From Limisphaera sp. (GTDB lineage Bacteria; Verrucomicrobiota; Verrucomicrobiia; Limisphaerales; Limisphaeraceae), in assembly GCA_025057755.1 (NCBI GenBank), contig JANWVC010000005.1:194071-258070 (forward strand): a DNA stretch of 64,000 bases, given 5' to 3'. Of this stretch, positions 39,380 to 47,357 are shown in pieces. The notes beneath the pieces were generated by a model, which worked only from the letters and a program-made list of their open reading frames with translations, was not told the origin of the DNA and ran no database searches. Position numbers and translations under genes: made by a program. The stretch's first letter is position 1; every line of letters begins with the position of its first letter.

Positions 39380-40376
39380 GTGTCACGCTTGTGAAAAGTT
39401 TGTCGATAGCGAGAAGGAAGAAGTGGGCATTCACCGCCGTGGCCATCTTGAGCCGGGTCGTTGGTGCGGTCTTCGGCTGAAGATCCACGATACAATGGCC
39501 AAGAGATATATAGACGATCAACTTTTTATGGAACTTTGTGGACCGGGCTTTTCAGAACCGGATCACTTCGTATGGTCGGCGGTGCGAGATACCTCTTCAA
39601 GAGACGGGATTTTCAAGCTGGTTGACGGCTCGGCTTCCTCAAGCTTAGAGCATCTACGGCCCCAGGGCATGTCGGGGTTGTGTCGGGGCGTCGTGGTCGT
39701 TCTGACTGACCCTGATCCAGCAGCCGTCAACGACATCCAGCGCCCGGACCCAGTGGTACCGCGCTGGGACTCCCTCCGCGTGGAAGAGAACTTCGATTCC
39801 CGGGCGCGTGCTTCGTCACTCTCTGGAATCTGGATTCCTGCCCGATAACACTCGTATGGATCTGAGCTTAATAACAGACCTTTTCCGAATGCGGTAGAGA
39901 TGAACCCAGGCACCAGGCCCAAGAGCGTGTCTCGTTACTTACAGCAGCCGATCGCTCTTCCCGGCTTGTTTCCTTTGTCTGACGTTGTGCTTTGGACATG
40001 GGTAGAGTTGTGGGCTTTGGGGTCTACAGACACCGGAGTGTGTTTCCCAGACGCGGTTGCGGCTGCTTGCTCAAGGACCGAGTTTGCCCGGCATGCTAAG
40101 GTGTACCAAAAAGTTCACTCTCGGATCGAGTCCTTACCCCGCGAGCGATCCCAAAATCGGTTACAAGCAAGATGTGAGCACAGGATGCAGGGAGTTAAAA
40201 TCCTGCGTAGCCCGTAGTTGCGACACGGTGATACCGTGGTTCATCGGCTATAGCACCATAACCCCTAAAGCTGCCTCAATGTTTTCCCAAGTACACTTGC
40301 CCATTGGATGGGCCACCTGTTTCTTTTTATGCGCGGTTGGCTCTGGGCATTAAGAAAAGCTGACTTCCCGTGGTTG

Positions 40377-41399
40377 TTATTCCATGGGCCCGCGTGGTCT
40401 TACGACCGGCCAACCCTCTGAATCCCAGTCCAAAGGCAATATATCTAGCGCGCTTTGCCCTCCACGTCGTCCATCATAGTAGTGATAACTCATCCACCAC
40501 CTGCCTCCGGTTTCGAAGAATGACGGATGACCGGGACCAATGAATCGGCCTGATGTGGCGAGAAATGGACTGCCTCCCCCCTGTCGGAGGTCTTTTCCCT
40601 GCCGATCCAAGTACGGACCGGTGACGTTCGCGCTGCGACCGACCCGGATTTCATAGGTACTATTCGTACCGCGACAACACTGACCCCAGTTAACAAACAA
40701 GAAGTAATGCTGACGATTCCGCAGTAAAGCCGCCGCTTCAATGGCCTCTTTCCACGCCAAGTCGATCAGCGGCGCTTCAGGATCCTTACGTAAGCCTGTG
40801 CCAGGGTCCAACTCCACCATCTTGATCCCGGACCAATAAGAGCCAAAGACCATCCACAACCGACCATCTCGATCCAAAAATAGGGCTGGATCGATGGCAT
40901 TATAATTGTCTGATGGCGTGGTGCGAATTACAGGTCCGACATCGTGCCAGTCGTGTGCGAATACATCTGGCGTTAGCACGCGTCCCACCGCTAGGCCGAT
41001 ACCGGACTGACGAGATCCCCACGTTGAAACCGAATAATAAAGATAATACCGATCCCCAATCCGAACCACGTCAGGTGCCCAATATCGAAATCGGTGATCG
41101 GGAACCCACTCTGCAGCCCAAACTGGCGGTTCCCGGAACACGGGCGGCCCCTGTAGCCAATGCACCCGATTGGAGGACCAAAGCGATGTAATCCCCCGCC
41201 CCGTTCCAAACACCCACCATCGTCCTCCCGACTCGACGACTGTGGAAGGATCATGGATCCGGGTGTAACCAGCGGGGACCGGTACGGTTTCAGCTGATAT
41301 TCCGATCCCTGGAGTCCAGCAGCTTAGGAACCAGACAACAAACATTCTCCGAGCCCCCAAGAAGTGATTGGCCGCCCTTAGCTTTGTTTTCATGCTCAC
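40377..41399 (-). CDS. GH43 arabinan endo-1,5-alpha-L-arabinosidase, secreted
   Basis: 340 aa with a signal-like N-terminus. GH43 five-bladed propeller motifs are present: IHDPSTV, YWAPDVVRIGDRYYLYYSVSTWGSRQSGIGLA, NAIDPALFLDRDGRLWMVFGSYWSGIKMVELD and YFLFVNWGQCCRGTNSTYEIRVGRSANVTGPYLD. Confidence 0.9.
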   Translation of the reverse strand: MSMKTKLRAANHFLGARRMFVVWFLSCWTPGIGISAETVPVPAGYTRIHDPSTVVESGGRWWVFGTGRGITSLWSSNRVHWLQGPPVFREPPVWAAEWVPDHRFRYWAPDVVRIGDRYYLYYSVSTWGSRQSGIGLAVGRVLTPDVFAHDWHDVGPVIRTTPSDNYNAIDPALFLDRDGRLWMVFGSYWSGIKMVELDPGTGLRKDPEAPLIDLAWKEAIEAAALLRNRQHYFLFVNWGQCCRGTNSTYEIRVGRSANVTGPYLDRQGKDLRQGGGSPFLATSGRFIGPGHPSFFETGGRWWMSYHYYDGRRGGQSALDILPLDWDSEGWPVVRPRGPME

Positions 41400-41410
41400 A
41401 TTAGGGAATT

Positions 41411-41488
41411 AGGGCTTTGCCCTCTACCGCGATCCCTTAAAGTAGAGGGCTGCATGAAGGCAGCGAGTAGAGAACCTCCATGCAGCCC
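41411..41488 (-). promoter_or_regulatory. three mutually overlapping hairpins in the LamG-GH43 intergenic spacer
   Basis: H1 is AGGGC-TTT-GCCCT (41411-41423). H2 is a 9-bp stem pairing GCCCTCTAC (41419-41427) with GTAGAGGGC (41442-41450). H3 is a 10-bp stem pairing GGGCTGCATG (41447-41456) with CATGCAGCCC (41479-41488). H1/H2 and H2/H3 share nucleotides, so they are alternative folds. Confidence 0.4.
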
Positions 41489-41529
41489 TTGCAATCTTGA
41501 CCGAGGGGCTGCCTCGACCGTCAATAGAC

Positions 41530-44439
41530 TTATTGCTGCAGTCGGAAATATCGCTGCGGCGCATCTGCCAAAGGCACGGCCAATTGATAGCGATCGCCGA
41601 CCACTGTAAGCGTTCCACTCACAGGTGTCCAATTAGCGCTTGCTCCCAGGCTCGTACTGGCGCGCAAGCTAAAGCCACTGGCACTGACGGGCCAACTCAA
41701 AATCAACTGATTGCCTTGAATGCGTGCCGACAGCGCAGGTCGCTCTGCAGGAGGATTAGGACCGATGGCATAATTGGCCGCTATCTGCGCGCTTCCAAGG
41801 AGGCCCGAGTAAATCCGGAATTCGTCGTAGGCCGCCCGGAGATATGGATCCCTCCAAGGCGTTGGCATGGGCTCAGAGTATAGTGACCTTCCCAACCAGT
41901 TGTTGGTGTCATTGATTTGACTCAAAGCCAATGTGGCTGCTCCTGGTTGGCTGCTCTGGGAGAGTTGCCCATTCACGAAGTATTTGGCCATTTTCTCACG
42001 TTCGTTATAAAGCACCACCAAGTGCACCTTGCTGCCTGTCGGCAGGGCCGCACCCGCAATTCCACCGGCAACCCAATCCAGACGCGATCCACGGGCGAAA
42101 AAGAGGTTGGGCTCGGCCAACCAGGTAGGGCCTCCAGGCAGACTGCCGAAGTCGAACACACGAGACCAATAGTCCGTATTATAAATCGTAAGCCAAACTT
42201 CAAAAGTCGCGTTGTTCGTCAGCCGTGAAATGATGCCGTCTGGCAGGTCGATGTACGTGTCCGTAGCACCCAGGGCGGTGTTGGTGTTGATAACCAGCTC
42301 ACCCTGCCCTGTCCAGTAGGCGTTGGTCACCCCCAGCGTGTTTGTGCCGATCGTGATGTAACCGTGCGCCCCCCCGACCACGTCGGCCACCCGATGCCCT
42401 TGGGTCTCGTTAAACGTCCACCGGTGTACCAGGGTGGCCGTGGGCGCCACGACGGCAACCTGTTTCGTTGCTTCAAGCCCCTGATAACGAGCGCGCAGCG
42501 TGGCCACACCCGGGGCCACTCCGGTCAGCAAACCGTTGGATCCCACGGTCAATACATTGGTGTTGTCCGAGGTGAGGATCATGTCTGGATCCACCAGCAG
42601 ATCCACGTTGGTCGCGTTTTGCCAGTTCCCAATGACTCGGATGCGGACCTGCCACTCAGCTGTCAACTGAGCTGGAGCCTCAATGTCGATGCCCAAGAAC
42701 TGACCAGGGGCATTGTTTGTGTTATTCGGGCCGGCACGGAATCCAGCCACGATCTGCTGGGCGCTGAGAGCACCGTCCCAAATCCGGAACTCATCGATGG
42801 ATCCATTCAGATAAGGATCTGCTCCGTATAACGAGCGGCCAAGGTAACTGAAGTTGTTGCTAATGGCGCTCACCTCACGCGTCATCGCTGTATTCAAGCC
42901 AGCCAGGCGGCCGTTGGTATAAACAGCTGCCAGATCCCGCCCAAAATCCAGCACTGCCACGATGTGGACGTTGGTGCGATTGTCCAGAATGCCGGGAATG
43001 AAGACCCCTTGTTCGCCCCCGCCGCTCCAGCCCGGCTGCGTGTTTGAGATGATGAACCGCGTGTCCCCGCTACCCGACCGAGGGCAGAAGAACACATAAT
43101 TTCCGCCGTCACTGCCTACCGTGTTTCCGAAGTCGAACAAACGCGCCCAATTTGCATTGGCCCCGAAACTGGCCCAAGTCTCAAACGTAATGGCGTTTCG
43201 GGTAATGGTAGAGGCGTTGATAAGATTGGCCGGCAAATCCACGTAGGAAAGGGCCGTGCCATAGAGCCAGACCTGACCGTCGCGTTGTTCGGCCGCCGGC
43301 TGGATCGTGCCGTGAGCCCCCCCCACGCTGTCGGTCGCAACGTAACTGCCCGGTTCGTTGAAGCTGTAACGGTGGATCAAGCGCGGCTCCAAATTCAGCA
43401 CGGTAATGTCGCGCTGAGCTGAACGCTGTACGGCGCCATGATCAAAGATCACAGTGATGGTGGCCGTGCCCAGACCGACCGCCCGAACACGCCCGGTGGC
43501 ATCCACGCTCAGCACGTTCGTGTTTGACGAGCGATAGCTCAACCCCGGCATTCCCGTCACGTCCACTGGGAATGGAACGGCCGAAGCGGTGGCAAAAACC
43601 CGTGCGTCCACTGCCGTGGCACGCAACATGGTAGAAGGCAGTTGCAACTGGACTGCGGTGATTGTGCCATAAGAGGTACTGACTGTATTCGGCCCTGCGA
43701 TGTAGGAACCGGCAACCTCCAGAGCGGTCAACGCACCATCCCAGATGCGGAACTCGTTGTAGCTGGCGTTAAGATAGGGATCGGCACCGTATTGCGACCG
43801 CCCGAGCCAATTGTTGGTCGTCGGACCGATCATGGCAGGGGTGTTGGTAAAGCCCAACGTTTCCCCCACAAGTTGTCCATTTACGTATATGCGCGCTATG
43901 CCAGTGTTACCGTCGGAGGTCCAGACCAGATGGGTTTCACTGCCCGTGGGGATGACCGGACCCGGCACCTGTTGAGTATTTCGCGCCGGGACCATGATTG
44001 TAATGTCACCGAGGACACCTGAACTGGCATCGCCAGATCGCATGAAAAAGTACGACGTGGATCCACCGCTGTTGTTGAGACTGTTGCCCAAATCCCAGAT
44101 CCGGCTCCACAACGCCGTGACATAGGGTGTGTACCAAACCTCGATCGTGATGGCGGTATAACCCGTGAGGATGTTGCTGGGCAGAGCCACGTAATCGCCT
44201 GACGGATCACTCGATCCGAAAGTCGAGTTCAACCAGACACTGCCCGCTCCATCAAAGGATGCATTGTTCATAAGGGTGGCGTTTCGGCCACCGACGGAAT
44301 CCACTGCAACGGTTTGCCCATTAGGCTCGTTAAAGCTCCAGCGGTTTTTGAGTGTAGCAGCCAAAAGGGTGGACTGGACGCCCAGCCATGCGGTTCCTAC
44401 CCAAACGAGGACGTGGACGAACGGACGATTCTTCTGCAT
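41530..44439 (-). CDS. secreted protein with three LamG (concanavalin-A-like lectin) modules, two Ig-like spacers and a C-terminal beta-rich module
   Basis: 969 aa with a signal peptide. Three modules of about 230 aa each open with L.(N/H)RW(S/T)FNE..G....D.VGG and close with DPYLN(A/G)S..EFRIWDGAL. The opening motifs read TLKNRWSFNEPNGQTVAVDSVGG, LIHRYSFNEPGSYVATDSVGG and LVHRWTFNETQGHRVADVVGG. Big_2-like spacers separate the modules (VLSVDATGRVRAVGLGTATITV, VLTVGSNGLLTGVAPGVATLRARY). Confidence 0.8.
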   Translation of the reverse strand: MQKNRPFVHVLVWVGTAWLGVQSTLLAATLKNRWSFNEPNGQTVAVDSVGGRNATLMNNASFDGAGSVWLNSTFGSSDPSGDYVALPSNILTGYTAITIEVWYTPYVTALWSRIWDLGNSLNNSGGSTSYFFMRSGDASSGVLGDITIMVPARNTQQVPGPVIPTGSETHLVWTSDGNTGIARIYVNGQLVGETLGFTNTPAMIGPTTNNWLGRSQYGADPYLNASYNEFRIWDGALTALEVAGSYIAGPNTVSTSYGTITAVQLQLPSTMLRATAVDARVFATASAVPFPVDVTGMPGLSYRSSNTNVLSVDATGRVRAVGLGTATITVIFDHGAVQRSAQRDITVLNLEPRLIHRYSFNEPGSYVATDSVGGAHGTIQPAAEQRDGQVWLYGTALSYVDLPANLINASTITRNAITFETWASFGANANWARLFDFGNTVGSDGGNYVFFCPRSGSGDTRFIISNTQPGWSGGGEQGVFIPGILDNRTNVHIVAVLDFGRDLAAVYTNGRLAGLNTAMTREVSAISNNFSYLGRSLYGADPYLNGSIDEFRIWDGALSAQQIVAGFRAGPNNTNNAPGQFLGIDIEAPAQLTAEWQVRIRVIGNWQNATNVDLLVDPDMILTSDNTNVLTVGSNGLLTGVAPGVATLRARYQGLEATKQVAVVAPTATLVHRWTFNETQGHRVADVVGGAHGYITIGTNTLGVTNAYWTGQGELVINTNTALGATDTYIDLPDGIISRLTNNATFEVWLTIYNTDYWSRVFDFGSLPGGPTWLAEPNLFFARGSRLDWVAGGIAGAALPTGSKVHLVVLYNEREKMAKYFVNGQLSQSSQPGAATLALSQINDTNNWLGRSLYSEPMPTPWRDPYLRAAYDEFRIYSGLLGSAQIAANYAIGPNPPAERPALSARIQGNQLILSWPVSASGFSLRASTSLGASANWTPVSGTLTVVGDRYQLAVPLADAPQRYFRLQQ

Positions 44440-44569
44440 AAGTTCCAGCCTATTAGTAGTTTCGTAGATATTTGGGTCTTCTTCTGATCCGAAAAACGGT
44501 CAACCTCGTCACTCCTGACATCAGAAGCTGCATGACACTCTCAATAGCTTTGAGATGCAAGCTTCTCTT

Positions 44570-45352
44570 TTACCACCAAAAATAAGGCCCAGACAGGGTT
44601 CGGACGCGCATTTCGGCAAATTTCCGCCAACGAGCGCTGCCATCGAGCATGCCGACGTGGCCCCCGACCGGTATGGGACCGCCCAAGTGAGGCGAACGAT
44701 GCGGCTTGCTCCATCCACCGGTGATTCGGGTGTAATTGTTCATAGTACGGTTGGCTTCGTTGTTGCCCGAGGAAATTGTAGCACAGGCTAAGAGGACTCG
44801 TTCCGAAGGCGGTGGTGCCGGCATGGTCAATGCACCCATCGTGATCGGTTCAGGGATGATCTTCCGGTTTACATTGGTCGGATTCAAAATCGGTTGGCCC
44901 GACGAGCCGGTTCCGTCGAACGTATATGCATACCCAGCCACGCGGAAACCTGTGCCTGCAGCATTGACAGCAAAATTCCAAAGTTCATCATCATTTTGCT
45001 CAGGGAACCCCGGATCGTACCAAAGGGGCCTGATCACACCCTCAGCGCCCATTCGGTCCGTCACTGCTTGGGGGATGTCCCAAAGCCAGTTACCAATGCC
45101 ACGCCAAGCGGGCAGGCGGTCGTTATTGTCGCCCGCATACATGAACAGGGCAATGGCTTGCTGCTTAATGTGGTTTACGTCTTGGATCCTCTTGGCCTTC
45201 TCTTTAGCCCGAGACAGAGCAGGTAAAAGCATCCCTGCCAAAATCGCAATGATAGCGATCACCACCAACAATTCGATGAGCGTGAAGGCTTTCCGAGGCA
45301 CGGGTTGGCCGGTCCACCCCCCTAAAAGCTTGATTGGTCGTGGCTTGCGCAT
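44570..45352 (-). CDS. type IV pilin-like (prepilin N-terminal cleavage/methylation) DUF1559 protein
   Basis: The ORF is 44570..45529. I place the start at ATG 45352 ([53 protein letters not shown]). It has a class III signal and hydrophobic helix, and a C-terminal H-x-DG-type motif ([13 protein letters not shown]) typical of DUF1559. Confidence 0.85.
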   Translation of the reverse strand: MRKPRPIKLLGGWTGQPVPRKAFTLIELLVVIAIIAILAGMLLPALSRAKEKAKRIQDVNHIKQQAIALFMYAGDNNDRLPAWRGIGNWLWDIPQAVTDRMGAEGVIRPLWYDPGFPEQNDDELWNFAVNAAGTGFRVAGYAYTFDGTGSSGQPILNPTNVNRKIIPEPITMGALTMPAPPPSERVLLACATISSGNNEANRTMNNYTRITGGWSKPHRSPHLGGPIPVGGHVGMLDGSARWRKFAEMRVRTLSGPYFWW

Positions 45353-45389
45353 AGCAACCCTATCGGCTTGGATTGAGAAACCCCTCGCG

Positions 45390-45491
45390 GTCTCTTCCGC
45401 ATTTTGATGTAACCTATTCGTACTTGAAAGCAGAGACAACGCCATTTTGCGCAAAAATGTCGCCATTTTGCGAACGAAGAGGTGCGTTTTG
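45390..45491. promoter_or_regulatory. phased direct repeats upstream of the DUF1559 gene (candidate AraC/XylR-type operator array)
   Basis: A perfect 12-mer CGCCATTTTGCG occurs at 45440-45451 and again at 45461-45472, a 21-bp offset. A degenerate copy CGTTTTG lies 21 bp further on (45485-45491) and CATTTTG lies at 45390-45396. A TTTGCGCAAA palindrome sits between the two perfect copies. The array lies 40-140 bp upstream of ATG 45352. Confidence 0.4.
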
Positions 45492-45693
45492 GATATATTG
45501 ATGCACTCTCCTCGAAGGGTAGTGGACATCGAAAATCCTGCTGGCCTGGCTCAACCCGTTCAAGTTTGATCGGAGACACATTGCCTGTAAACTGGGATAT
45601 TGCTTTTGTTTCTGATGGGCTGCAGGCTGGGCAGCGCGGTCTCCTTGGGCGCCGGATGGTTTGTCGCGTAAGTTGGTGAGAGAGCCATCTTAC

Positions 45694-47049
45694 TCAAGAT
45701 GGCCGGCGTCCGTAAAGTTTTCGCCATGCCAGCGGGCTCATTTGCTTGGCTGCCCGGAAGTATCGGGCGACATGTTGGACATCCTCAAATCCTAGGCGCT
45801 GCGCAATTTCGGACACGGGCAGATCCGTTTCTACCAGCATGCGGGCAATTTGATCGGCGCGGACCCTCCGAATTTCATGCAGAATGGATCGGCCCAGCCA
45901 TCGTCGAAACCTTTTTTCCAGTGCGCGACGAGAAATTCCAGCAGCCCGCGCGACATCGTCGACGACCAATGGCTCTCGAGCGTGATCCCGGATGAAGCGC
46001 AGTCCCTTGGCCAGTGCTGGATCGTCTACGGCCAGGATGTCAGTGGACCGGCGTGGCACGACGTGGCTGGCTCGAACCAGGATCCGACCCGTTTCCCCAT
46101 GCCCTTGACGCATCAACTGGTCCAGCACCTCGGCAGCCTCGTATCCGGCCTGCTCGAAATTGATGTGGACACTGGACAGCGGCGGGTCGCTCAAACCACA
46201 AACCACTTCATCGTTGTCCGCTCCGATGACGGCTACGTCATCGGGCACGGACAATCCAACTAGTTTGCACGCGGCAACCACTTCGTGACCCAAATCATCA
46301 TTACAAGCCATCAAGCCGACCGGACGGGGCAGCGTCCGCAACCATCGAGCGATGGCCGGCCGCTGGTCGCGCCAGGGCGCCCCGGTGACCTCGGCTTGCA
46401 CCCGAAACACGACGGCTTCGAACCCTGCTTTCCTTACAGTTTTTTGGAATGACTCCCATCGACTCTCCGACCATGTGCAGTCCTTGTAGCCACAGAAGGC
46501 AAAATGCCGTACGCCACAAGCCAACAAATGCTCAGCCGCCAACCGGCCGATTACTTCCCCGTCGGTTACCACGCTGATGACTCCGTCCATTTCGGCGTGA
46601 CGGTGGCACACCACAACCGTCGGCACGCCTCGAGCCAACATCTGCTCGACCTCTCCAGTGTCCCGCATAATGACCCCATCGGCATCCATGGCGGAGGCAG
46701 AGGGTGACGGGTTTTCCAGCCCACGAGCCTCCCAATAGAAGGACCACGGCCCATGGTGATGGGCGTATCGCGCAATGCCGCAGAGCAGCGCTCGTCCTGC
46801 CGCTCGCGAAGATTCGATCAATAATCCGACGCGAGGTATGGTACGGCGCGCGCCATGGCGGTTTAAGACCCGGCAGTTGTCGGCGTGTGGGTGGCTCGTT
46901 AGGATGCCGGGGCTGGAGCGGCTTTTAGAGTCGGACCTCATTGAAAACCCTAGCGGTACAGAGATGGGTCTGTTGCTCGGCATGGGCAACCTCTTCATGT
47001 TTACTTCGTGCACCGAGCGGAGAAGGTCAAGTCCCAGATGCTTGCGCAT
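45694..47049 (-). CDS. XylR-like transcriptional regulator (periplasmic-binding-protein-type sugar sensor fused to AraC HTH)
   Basis: The C-terminal AraC double HTH reads LRFIRDHAREPLVVDDVARAAGISRRALEKRFRRWLGRS...IAQRLGFEDVQHVARYFRAAKQMSPLAWR. The N-terminal LacI/PBP-type fold begins RVGLLIESSRAAGRALLCGIARY. The start is uncertain, with ATGs at 47049, 46998 and 46941. Confidence 0.85.
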   Translation of the reverse strand: MRKHLGLDLLRSVHEVNMKRLPMPSNRPISVPLGFSMRSDSKSRSSPGILTSHPHADNCRVLNRHGARRTIPRVGLLIESSRAAGRALLCGIARYAHHHGPWSFYWEARGLENPSPSASAMDADGVIMRDTGEVEQMLARGVPTVVVCHRHAEMDGVISVVTDGEVIGRLAAEHLLACGVRHFAFCGYKDCTWSESRWESFQKTVRKAGFEAVVFRVQAEVTGAPWRDQRPAIARWLRTLPRPVGLMACNDDLGHEVVAACKLVGLSVPDDVAVIGADNDEVVCGLSDPPLSSVHINFEQAGYEAAEVLDQLMRQGHGETGRILVRASHVVPRRSTDILAVDDPALAKGLRFIRDHAREPLVVDDVARAAGISRRALEKRFRRWLGRSILHEIRRVRADQIARMLVETDLPVSEIAQRLGFEDVQHVARYFRAAKQMSPLAWRKLYGRRPS

Positions 47050-47357
47050 GGGGTTTGAGGCCCCGGCCTCGATGGAACGCTACGCTTTTGCCATGATGGG
47101 AAGGAGACTCTTGACAGGCAGTTCACGATGCGCCGGCACCGCGCGGCATTTGTTAAGTAAGAACAGGCTGCTTTGCCCCAGCGGTGCGGGACCCACTTTA
47201 ACCGAATTGAATGAAAGGTGGATTGGATCCTCTGCGGGTCTGCGGTCGAATGGTCACGACGGTTAAGGCGTGGACAATCAAGACCGAATTCTCAGCAGGG
47301 AAAGGGTGCCGCAAGATTGAGCGGCGACCGGGTTGTGCGTGAATTCGCCAGAAAACA

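Noticed and set aside
39495-39848. 117-aa plus-strand ORF (MAKRYIDDQLFMELCGPGF...) as a real gene, possibly a toxin or mobile-element remnant.
   Set aside because: It has many codons that are rare for this genome, a fully overlapping antisense ORF of similar length, and no recognisable motifs. I kept it only as part of the unassigned-region finding.
40130-40260. Possible tRNA-like element (GCAGG-GAGTTAAAAT-CCTGC hairpin reminiscent of a T-arm).
   Set aside because: The loop is 8-10 nt rather than 7. There is no GTTC-type box, and no acceptor, D or anticodon arms can be drawn. I saw no tRNA anywhere in the window.
44736-45407. 223-aa plus-strand ORF opposite the DUF1559 gene.
   Set aside because: It is the antisense shadow of a gene with an unambiguous prepilin signal and DUF1559 motif.
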